In this document: positions 1 to 9,904 of the stretch, piece after piece
Position numbering within the stretch: position 1 is the first letter of the stretch
Layout of the letters: each line of letters begins with the position of its first letter
NCBI GenBank assembly: GCA_002189035.1
Contig: NEEC01000162.1
Span: 1-29,760 of the forward strand
Length of the DNA stretch: 29,760 nucleotides
Direction of reading: 5' to 3'
DNA from: Utricularia gibba
Taxonomy: Eukaryota; Plantae; Magnoliophyta
Made by a program: the position numbers and the translations under genes
Notes under the pieces: model-generated
Database searches by the model: none
What the model saw: only the letters and a program-made list of their open reading frames with translations
What the model was told of the DNA's origin: nothing

Positions 1-297
1 CTTGCAAAGAGGTACAAGAATTGCCCGATGGTGTTCCACCTTGGATGAATGGGAAGATAATAGGCACAACCGTGGTCACTCATAGAGGAAATGGAGAGTA
101 ACTAACAAAATGTAGAGGTGGGAGTCTCCCAACCCAAAAGGAAAGCTTTTTAGCTGTAACCAACCATGCGAAGCAAGCAACCAAAAGCAAGTTGAAGTTA
201 GAGAGAAGGTAGAGAAAAATCGTAGAAAGATAAAACAAAGTCTAAAACTAAAACTAGAATGAGAAAAGTCTTCTTTTCGTCTAAACTTCATGGCCCA

Positions 298-538
298 TTA
301 ATTTGCTATTGTCTTTGAGTGCCTGCAAGGAACCTGCTTCTCTAACACTATAGCAATCATGCTTTTTTTCTATCAACCGCAACTGTGACACACCTGTCAA
401 GGCTCATCAATAGGCACATTCTTTCAAAAATCAAGGAGAATTTCATTTCGGAGAAGATGTCATTTGTCACCTTTTGTAGCTACCTTTCTCCATATTCTGC
501 CACATGCACATCCATAGCCAAACGTAAACACATCAAAA
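298..538 (-). pseudogene. Possible two-exon 3' remnant of an unidentified gene (exons 538-394 and 322-298)
   Basis: On the minus strand there is an acceptor tttttgtcag at 539-540, a donor CAG|GTGTGT at 393, a 71-nt intron and an acceptor ccttgcag at 323-324. Spliced frame: LMCLRLAMDVHVAEYGER*LQKVTNDIFSEMKFSLIFERMCLLMSLDRHSKTIAN*, with one internal TAG (480-482). I do not recognise the protein. Confidence 0.25.
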
Positions 539-684
539 CTGACAAAAAGATTAGATCAAACAGAATAATTATGATAATTACCCTGATAAAAATAAAACCT
601 AGAACTTATATTATGGATTCCTAGTATGAGTTTAATCACATCTAGAAAAAGACGCAAAAGATGATCGTAAAATCACCCTTAACA

Positions 685-1270
685 CTAGCCTTTGCAACAC
701 AACATTAGTGTGAGTTTTTATAGTCTCCATGACTCTCACCAGAATGCCAGCCTTCATGTGATTAGGGACCTCAATACAGCATCTTCTTGAAAACCGGTTG
801 GGTTTTTCGTAAATGCATTACACTCAAATAGCTAGAACCTCTTTTATAGCATATTATGATGCTAATTGGGTTGCTTGTCATTACTCAAAGATGATTGACG
901 GATATTGCACCTTTTTTGGATGTCAATTTCTCTCTTGGAAATCCAAGAAAGAGCCCATTTTTTTCCGTCTACTATCGAAGCCAAACATCAAAGTATGGGA
1001 AGCAACTACCACTATTGAACCCAAATAGCTTGCTTCAATACTACATGACTTTCTTTGATCTTTCCATAAATCTATTCCACTATTGTGTGATAGTAAAATT
1101 GCTATTTATTTCACTTGGAATCTGATCTTTAGTGAAAGAAGCAAGCATCTCAATATTAAATATTTTTTTGTTAAAAGAATGCTATACCTCAAAATTCCTA
1201 TTGTCAAGGCCCAATTTCATACCATCATAAATCCAAACCTTTATGCATGTTCTAAAGAAGGAATATAAAG
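685..1270 (+). mobile_element. Degenerate Ty1/copia RT C-terminus and RNase H remnant
   Basis: Frameshifted motifs YYDANWVAC, GYCTFFG..LSWKSKK, STIEA, CDSKIAI, IFSERSKHLNIKYFFV match the copia RNase H pattern (Y.DADWAG, SWKSKKQ, CDN..AI, HERTKHI). Confidence 0.75.
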
Positions 1271-1289
1271 CCCTATTGTCCTACTACTA

Positions 1290-2640
1290 GCGAAAGGTCT
1301 TAGTAGGAACCCGAAGTCCCAAACATGAAATCAGAATCATATTAGGCCTATTTTAACAAATAACAAACTTTGTCTTTCCTTCTGAAAAATCATGCGAGAT
1401 CAAAGTAATCGCAAGAAATTTATTCAACTAACCATGCAAAGCATAGTCTAGACATCATGTTTAATCCTCCTTAAACAACTCCCTAATTAGCCACAAGGTT
1501 TTAAGGACACACAAACATAGGCTATATATATATACAAACACTAATTCAGAAACAAGCACTAGTCCAAAGGACCCATTTACAACCACGAATGAATAGCACC
1601 AAAATGGTCGGCAATAAGACTCCTTCCACTATAACTTAGATCACAACCTGGTTGGCCCTTTCCTTTTCATTTTCTGGAAGAATAACGATTAAGGTATTGA
1701 ATCAAGTAGAACACGTTAAAAAAGCATATAACCATTTAAAATGCAAGCTAATTTGGAAGTATAAAGAATAAGCAATAATATTTAGTATATCATGAGTCAT
1801 TTAACTATATGACCATTTATGTGCACTCTGTTAACCTAGTAATTTCAATCTGAAAAACTTGGAGGCTAGGGTTAAGAGTTTTTTTTGGTTTTGATCTCAT
1901 GAAATCAATAAAAAGGTGCCAACCCCTTTACCAACTCTATCTGGCTGCAGTCCATCTATCCTTTTCCTTTCAATTCCTCAACTTACAACTCTATGAGGAA
2001 TTGCCTTAAGTATGCTTGTCATCCAGGAGTATGCATCCATAGCTCTTCAAAGAGTACTTTATCTCAAGCAATCTAACTACACGTCAAACTTGTAAACACA
2101 GTATAGCATTCGTGTACACCAGATCATATTTCATTAGACTTTTTCTAATAAAAATATCACCAAATATAATTCTTTTGAAACGTAAGGAGCAGCGCTTTTT
2201 CCAGTAAAAAGAATTTTAGAATTTGAACTCAAAAAATAATTTATGGGGGTTGAATAGTTTTGAGAGGTTTTAAAAGAAAATTTATAGCTTTCTGCTCTTA
2301 ACTCCAAACCAAAGCATTCTTTTTTAAACATGACCAAAACTCAAAGAGGTACAAAAATCATGTTTGTAATAGTTCAATAAGCATAGAAATCAGCATAGAA
2401 AAATTAAGAAACATAGAGGCAATCATATAAGCCCAGATTTGCACATGAAATACAGAGCAGAAATTCAAAATCTATGATCATACTTACCCTCATCCAAATC
2501 GGCCCCTTCCAATGCCAAACCCTTCAAATATGTCTTTTCTATACGTGTAAAAAGTTTCGTGATTTTAGCACAACTTTATAGCTGTCAACAAATTAAATTT
2601 CACAAGTGCACCAATGTTCCTATAGCTCATTGTTAGGAGA
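1290..2640 (-). repeat. Degraded non-coding repeat fragment, probably LTR-derived; homologous in inverted orientation to about 9905-10870
   Basis: The reverse complement of about 1330-2190 aligns by eye with 9905-10830 through collinear blocks, e.g. GAGTTGAGGAATTGAAAGGAAAAG, GAGTTGGTAAAGGGG, TTTGTGTGTCCTT.AAACCTT and ATGAAATATGA.CT.GTGT. Family not determined. Confidence 0.5.
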
Positions 2641-3179
2641 TTCCCCTGCGTTTCCTCACTTTTTTCCTGCTCTAGAATGCTTTTCTTTTACATGTATTCT
2701 ATTCCTAACCTCAGCAAAAGCTTATATATAAATCATAGCAATGAAATACGTATCTTCATCTTGTTAAAGCACACGGCATTATCCAATTTGTCATTTACCT
2801 ATGCTTGTTCTTGCTCTTACAGTTGCTACCTTTTCATTTCTTCTTTGCTTTTCATTTTTTTTTTATTCTTCCAATCCAACTACTGAAAATGAGGTATCTG
2901 GACTTGTAACATGTTATGTACCTTCAAAGTTATAGCTTGTCAATATTCTAATTAAGATGTTACCTATAGGTCAGTTTTATACTATCCTTGATCATCTTCA
3001 TCTCATCAACCCTAGCTTATCTGTTCTCGATGCTTTATCGTGATGAAAATGTCATGTTTGGTATAAACATGATAAATATTTAATTACACATTAGTTTCCA
3101 TAGATTAGAAGGCTAAATGTTCGTATAAATACAATAGTCTTTCTTAGTAATTAGTTAATGTAGTTTCCCAAATCATGTT

Positions 3180-3700
3180 GCTTTGTGATAGGCTGGGTTC
3201 GAAAGCCTACTCCACTTTTGGAATCCTACTTCTCGGCGTGCTGGCAAACGCTGCAATCTTAAATTTGCAATCCAAGTAGCTGAGATGAGAAGGATGGCTT
3301 TCAACTGGTGACCGGCTTCATCAAAACAATGCCTCCTAGATTGATTAGCTGGCGCAGGGAGGCAGGCGAGATAAATCTGGCTATCAAATCAAAACACTCA
3401 TTCGCATGACCGCCGAAAACCTTTTCTTGTTTTTTTTTTTGACCACTTGTCATATATTTCTTTATTGGGAAACCAGGACATGCTAATGGAAGTACAGGAT
3501 GATACTCATGTGAGTCCATAGTTGAGCAAGGCCACATGGGCTCACTGATACTAAACAAAACAAAAGGCCTCACCCTTAGCTACCCGAACTGCATTTTCCA
3601 ATCACATTCCTTCAACGTGTGCGCGCTGCTGCTTTGAGCGATTTATAGTTAGTTCTCATTAGGACCATCGTACGATTGGTTTAATTATCCCTTGCATATC
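3180..3700. promoter_or_regulatory. GC/CpG-retaining non-coding island 1.0-1.5 kb upstream of the HD-Zip gene; candidate enhancer
   Basis: Sampled 60-nt lines at 3181 and 3301 are 50% GC, versus 23% at 3061. Many CpGs are retained and there are no TE hallmarks. Function is inferred only. Confidence 0.35.
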
Positions 3701-4688
3701 CAGCATGGTTTTAACAAGAAGGATTCAGTCAAAATGTTGGTTTTATGTATCATTTCTTGTTAATTACTACTGTTTTGTCCATTCAATCACTCAAAAACCA
3801 ATCCCTGTGATTTGGTTGAACCAAATCAATTTTTATGGATGATGGACAATTTTTTAATGAGGAAACAAAATTGAATCAAAGCATTTACTTAGGATACACA
3901 AACGAGGCGCTTGCTGTGTGTTCTATGCCTTGTTATTGCTAACTTAATGCAACCTCTCTCTTCGTTTCACGGGCTGATGCTAATTATAGTCGTACTTGCG
4001 TAGCAGTAGTAATCTTTGTGCTTTTGCCTGGAAAAGATTCCTTCCAAATGGTCGTCCATTTGGAAGTGCTCCTCCAACTACAAATTTAGCCGAAAAAAAA
4101 TGCTGTCAAAACTCCCTTTTATCTGAAAGCAAAGTTTTCTGTCATTCACTTGCATCGATAGGCAAATCTTTTGTGGTAACAAGTCTAAATCAAAAGTCAT
4201 TCTTCTATTGTAACTTTCTTCCCTGCTTCCTGCAAACCTTAGATTCTATGCATGCAAAATTCTTGAATTTTTTAGAAAGGGAAAGAAGGCGTGAGACACA
4301 TCGTCAGAAAGGGGGCAAGGGACCAGATTGTGACTGGTGATGGCTAGTTGGATCCTTGCCCCAACCAACACCACTTCAAAGATACAGCTTCAACTCTTAC
4401 AGTTATCGGTATTATTATTGTGTTGTATTTTATCGTACGGCAGTGTCTTATATCTCACAGTCTCCTCCTCCCTCTATTTATTGCTTGCATCCAAAGTTGT
4501 GGGGTAATTGGATCTTAACAAAAATGGGTGGTTTTGAAGAAGGGAGTATTTCTTCTCCTCCTCTCTTTCTAGCTTCTAGTGGTCCTCTGTTTCCAACCCT
4601 CCTCCAACATAAAGTGGAATTGGTTGTGAAGTGGGAACTTGAATATACCAGGGCTTTCTTCTTGTTCTTCCTGGTTTCAGTGGCAAGC

Positions 4689-5682
4689 ATGGACTGGAAC
4701 AATGAGAGTTACAACAGAGTGCCGGGCTTAAGTTTCATTTCTCGGCCTGAGAACTCGCTGGGATTCCTCTACAACTGTACTTATGATCAGTTTCCTGGTA
4801 AGTAAATGCAGTACTTCTCCTGTTTTGTTCTTGCAGGTTTCATGGAATCTGCCTGCATGTTAAGACAGACATAAAAACAAAAATGCTCTGTTCTCTTAAG
4901 TTATACGAGAATAGAGCAGTGTATATCTTCTTCTTCTTCCTCTGTGAGTTCAGTCGGTCTGATTTTTTTCTGCATGCAATGAAACGGTGAAAGCAACGAG
5001 TGATAAACCATTTTCCAAAGTAGTCACCTTTATCCGTTGCTGCTCTTGAATCACACCAGTACAGTATCACTTTTCCGTTTCGCCCCTTTCATGTTTAGAA
5101 GAAGTCAAGCAACAGCACCAGGCATCGATCTCAGCAGCAGGGCAGATGCTTCCATCGACATTTATGGGTAAAAGCAACGTTGGGTGTATCAACCTCTATG
5201 GGCAGGATCCCAAAAAGAAGCGGCTTAGCAATGAGCAATTGGAGTCCTTAGAAAACAGCTTCCAAGAAGAAATCAAACTCGATCCAGATCGCAAAATGAA
5301 GCTCTCCAAGGATCTGGGCCTTCATCCCCGACAAATCGCTGTGTGGTTCCAGAACCGGCGTGCCCGGTGGAAGTCGAAGCAGCTGGAAAGCCTATACGAT
5401 GCACTGAAGCAGGAATTCGACGCCGTTTCAAGGGAAAAGCAGAGGCTGCAGCAGGAGGTGATGGCGCTGAGGGCGATACTGAAAGATCACATTGCCGGGA
5501 AGCAGATATCGGCGGGGTACACCGACATGTCCGGCGAAGAGACGGTGGAGAGCACCTTAATTCCGAGCTCCGGCGTACCCAATCAAGTCTCAGAATGCAA
5601 CGACAACAACTTGATCAACGTGGAGGACTACTCGAACACGATGATGATCACAACTCCGTACAACTGGGCTGCACTTCCTTAG
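4689..5682 (+). CDS. LMI1: Class I HD-Zip transcription factor, LMI1/ATHB-51/ATHB-22 clade; join(4689..4797,5099..5682), 230 aa
   Basis: Exon 1 encodes [36 protein letters not shown] and ends at donor G|GTAAGT. A phase-compatible acceptor tttAG lies at 5097-5098. Homeodomain [59 protein letters not shown], then a leucine zipper, then [17 protein letters not shown], which matches the ATHB-51 QISAG..VSGEEDTVE motif, and a terminal Trp motif. [13 protein letters not shown] is characteristic of this clade. The symbol is a clade-level call. Confidence 0.92.
4798..5098 (+). other. Intron 1 of the HD-Zip gene (301 nt, phase 1, GT-AG)
   Basis: Starts GTAAGT, is T-rich, ends cccctttcatgtttAG, and joins exon 1 in frame to the homeodomain exon. 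Alternative AGs at 5100-5101 and 5103-5104 are also in frame. Confidence 0.75.
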
Positions 5683-7373
5683 CTCAATTTTTTGTTGCTT
5701 ATTTACTGTCGATAAAAATGTTTATTTACTGACCGTTGGATCCAAGACGGTCTCGTAGCCCCCTAGCTAGCCTAGGCGAGGGTGGGCATGACTTTTTTGT
5801 TCTTTATTATTTATATTTAAAAAATGTGTAGTGTATGGTAACTAATAATATAGGTTAGCATTTTACAGCTTTCTCCTTGGGCGTACGGTGCGCCTAATCC
5901 TGCTGGTAGCATCCCCGGATGGGGACAATAATGGAATATTATAAAGTTGAAATGAATTAGCAGCCACGTGGGCACGACGAATAGTTGAATTGTTTATTAA
6001 TGTAATCAAAGATTGAATAAAAATGAACACTGAAAATGATCATGTTTTCATGAATATATTGACGAGATTTTTAAGTCACTCAGCTTGAATGAACCTCCGA
6101 TTTGCACACGCAGAACACAATTCCTTAATCAATGAAAGAAGAATAGGCTTTGGTCTACATTCCAAACACAAGATGACGTAATTTTAAATCGTGAAGTCAA
6201 AAGTTTAAAGGAGTACAGTTGGATTTAATGCAAGTGTTGAGACATAAAACCATCTCCAACCATGAGATGGATGCTTTATGAAAAAATGCCTTATTTATTG
6301 TGAAGATGAATGGAGAGCGAGATATCATGGAAGGCTAAGAAGGATGATGAGTTTGACAAGTGATAAAACCCACCCAGTCATATTTCGAAGGAAACAGCTC
6401 GCCATGTTTGTGAAAGCTTAGCTAATAGATTCCCCATCATTCGTTATGTATGCTCTTCTTTCTAAACTGCGTATATCATTAAAAATAATAGATTTTTACT
6501 TTTCATGTTGATAATTAACACTAAATTTGTGATATTTATTATATTTTTGAATGGTGTGGGACAAGCCCAAAAATATTTATGTAACCATTGTGTCTGGATG
6601 ACATGGATTCATCCATTCCACCTTGAAACATGGCGGCCCATGCTATGAAAATAAATGAGAATCAAGGGATGAACATTCCTTTAGGAATTTACATTTATGA
6701 AGTTTTATGATTATAGTACAATTATAGGTATAGATTTCAGTTCCATTCTTATATATGTATCCATTTTTGATTCAATGAATTTGTGCACATTTCATTCCCA
6801 ATTCTTCCTTTCTACATGGTATCGGAGTGATTCTGAATTTTTTGTTTTCCTCATTGTTTTTTTGGACTTTTCGGGTTCTTCATTCTCTATGATCAACCGC
6901 TTGGATGAGAACAACTTTGTAGCATGATCCAAGGCTGTTCTCATTGCTTCACATAGTCATGGATGCCTTTCAGATCGATGGCTCTAAGACACCATTAGTT
7001 GTCCTGTAAATCAGACACCAAGAATGAGAAACAATCAAAACCTCAAGCATGTAACATACCTTCCTAAAATATTTCTCAATCTCCTAGGATTCAAGAAACT
7101 CTTTGAGAACATGATGTGGGTTTTAGAAATCAGTCAAATATATATGTCTAACCCTAATGAGCTTGAGACAAAATGAGGTAAAACGTGGGCTTGGCCTGCA
7201 TACACACACAAGAGGCTTATGGGGTCAGTTTTGCACCCTCCTACATGCGTAGCCTTTTCAGATTCAGAGGCCTTTGAAAACCAAATCCAATCTAACAAAT
7301 TAGAACCCTATGCACACACGAAGCCCAGCTTATTCTCAAGCCTATCAAAGTTAATGGGTTAGTATCCTATATA

Positions 7374-8450
7374 TGTTGGTGTATGTGTTCTAGATACAAT
7401 CAACTCATTGGCAAATCTTATCCTTTGATGTTTACCTTGAATTGTGATCAAGTTTACATCATTGATAAAATCCTTTACTTAATCTATGTGCTATAGAAAT
7501 TATGATGAGATCATAATGTGAGATTCTTCAAGCATTTATGTTCAAGTTAAAAACTCCCTGGCTAGAGTGTTTGTGAAATAAGGATATCACAAATACGGAT
7601 AATCTGGCACACATTGACTTCCCTAAACAGTTTAGGCAATGGTTCTCACAATTGATGTAATGAGATTACTAGAACCTATGTGTGGGTGTCGATTAGGAAA
7701 TCGATTCTTTGGATTACTCATCTTTGAGATGCTATTATAGTAAGCTAACCAAGTGTCAGTAGCAAGATCTCGAATATGACAGCCGTGACTTAGCTTAGAC
7801 TTGAGGTCAACAAAGTTATCTTGATATTAAGCTCACATTTTCGCTCATTACTAATGGTAGCCTAACTATGGCTTGCCTAGTATTGATGAGTAGGGATATA
7901 ACTCCTTAAGATTGGAGATAATTGATTGATCAATAAAGGATTCATCACTCATGTTAGCTATGAGATTAATCTCACGTAATTGCATCAAAGCCTAACAGTA
8001 AGTCTTGGGACTAGGGTAATGACACTCAAATTGTTTGAGTAGGTCATTGAGTGTTAGTGCTTGAATGCAATTATAAGTTCGATACATCTGAAAGACACAC
8101 ACCCATGTTCTGGTATCGAATGAGATATACGTATGATGAAAGCTGTTGATTGCATGGTGGCTGGTCATGGAAATGCTCAATCAGTTCACCTGATTATTCT
8201 TTAATCTTGGGGATCATGATATGTTACTAGACATCACTCATGATCGATAATGATAGATTTGATTAATTAAGAGTTAATTAATAAATTCATTATTACGGCC
8301 TTTATTGAGGAAGCCTATAGGGTCACATACAACATTGGAGTCACTCATCGATATAAAATAGAATGATACAATTATAGAGATGTAATTGGTAAGGTGGATA
8401 AATTAAATAGAGAGTTATTTTGAGATTAATATTGATTAAACTCAAAATAA
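7374..8450 (+). mobile_element. Truncated Angela/BARE-like copia LTR fragment
   Basis: Begins TGTTGGTGTATGTGTTCTAGATACAAT, resembling the BARE/Angela terminus TGTTGG..ATGCCCTAGAGGCAAT. Contains GACTTGAGGT and GGAAGCCTATAGGGTCACA blocks and has weak inverted similarity to 12.7-13.2 kb. No 3' end or TSD found. Confidence 0.5.
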
Positions 8451-8459
8451 AAGATCTCA

Positions 8460-8924
8460 TATAGATATAATTTGATATGTCACAAAAAATCTATCGAAAA
8501 AATTTAGATCTTGAGATCTAGGTCTAGAGACAAAATGCGAAAAATGTGCAAAAAAATTGTTCCAAGTTAGTTTTAATTCACTTCTCACGTGCATTGACTT
8601 CTTCCGCTTCCCTTCCATCATTCTTTTTATCTTGTGTGTTCCAACGGTTTTCCATGCATGCAATTAAGTGCTCAATCATGTGCAAACTCTGACATGCCGT
8701 AAGTTAGGAGTTCTAACTAGTGCCAATCTTCTACCCACAGTTGACCCAAGTTGTGTACAAGGCATGAAATGTGAATGATTTTTTCCTGCAAGCCTCTTGC
8801 AAGTCTTCTGCCACTCTCCAAACCTGACTCCTTACATTTTGGGTGAAAGTGCATGAAAAAAGATAAAAAAAATATGTACAAAATGCAAAAATAGGATTTT
8901 TCTAAGAAAATAGAATACTTATCA
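8460..8924 (-). mobile_element. Partial Athila-like (Ty3/gypsy) LTR, 5' end at 8924
   Basis: The minus strand starts TGATAAGTATTCTATTTTC, the same terminus style as the TSD-verified solo LTR at 15145. It abuts the copia RT fragment. The other end was not found. Confidence 0.45.
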
Positions 8925-8949
8925 ATAAAACTCCTAATTTAGGCAACTT

Positions 8950-9440
8950 AATCCTAATTAGCACATGACTATCATATGGTAGCTTCTTGTATGCTTATAA
9001 AATAGAGCAGCCTCATTTTTGCTCTTTTTGAACTCAAAGTCTGAAAGAGCTGATTCGAGCTTGGAGTACCAAGCATTGGAGGCTTTTTTCAAGCCATAGA
9101 TTACCTTGGATAATAGCACTGCTTGGTGTTTTTGGATTTCAAAGCTGGGTGGTTGCACGGCATAGATGTTTTCTTGTAAATATCCATTCAAAAAGGTTGT
9201 CTACACATCCATTTGTAGGATCTTTCATGTTTTTTGAGCTCCAATGGATAAAATCATACATATAGTATCAAACCTAGTCACTAGAGCAAATGTGCTAAAG
9301 TAGTCCACACCATATTCTTGAGAGTAGCATTTTGCAACCATTCTAGCCTTGTGTTGTTTGATGCTACCATCAGAATTGGTTTTTGATTAGAAAATCCATT
9401 TGAGCCATACTATGTTGATAGCATTTTGAGGTTTACTAAC
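8950..9440 (-). mobile_element. Ty1/copia reverse transcriptase fragment (pseudogenised)
   Basis: Minus-strand translation KTNSDGSIKQHKARMVAKCYSQEYGVDY..TFA.VTRFDTI, QMDV.TTFLNGYLQENIYAVQP and YGLKKASNAWYSKL, with stops. Confidence 0.9.
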
Positions 9441-9904
9441 TATGTAAGATAGAACATAAAGACAGTCATATAGTTGCTTAATTAAATAGAAAACATTGAG
9501 AAGAATCTTAGAACCCATTATCAAGCTTACACTTGACCAAATTTGATCATTCTATAGATGAAACCTTCCACTATATCTCTACTTCACTCCTGAAAAGCGT
9601 TAGGATTTTAGGACAATCAATCAGTTCACCACAAATTTCTTCCCACAACTGCGCAGATTGCATACCCTTTTCTTCCAACTTGTTGTTCATGCGTTTTTTT
9701 TTTTTTTTTTGTTTTTAGGACTTACAAGAGCTTCAACGCCTAATTTTTATCCTTATACCACTTCAAGTGATCCTTATCCTCAATACCATGGTGTCTTAAC
9801 CCTCTTTCGCCACCTTGAGCAATATCATTGCCCCAAAAGATGGCAACCCATTGCTGCAACCATTTTTACCCATTTCAATTTCCTTGTTCTCTCATGCCTT
9901 GTCT

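Noticed and set aside
5146-5682. ORF-track start at ATG 5146 as the true start of a single-exon gene
   Set aside because: The frame is open upstream to the acceptor at 5098, and a family-like exon 1 with a consensus donor in the right phase exists at 4689-4797.
5343-5732. 129-aa alternative-frame ORF overlapping the HD-Zip exon
   Set aside because: No recognisable motif; expected by-product of a GC-rich coding exon with few off-frame stops.
4414-5932. HD-Zip I autoregulatory sites (ATTATTG at 4414-4420, CAATAAT at 5926-5932)
   Set aside because: Only partial matches to CAATNATTG, and very frequent in AT-rich DNA.
6100-6900. Possible MITE or Harbinger remnant (CATCTCCAAC..GAGATG) downstream of the gene
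   Set aside because: No paired terminal inverted repeats or TSD could be identified.
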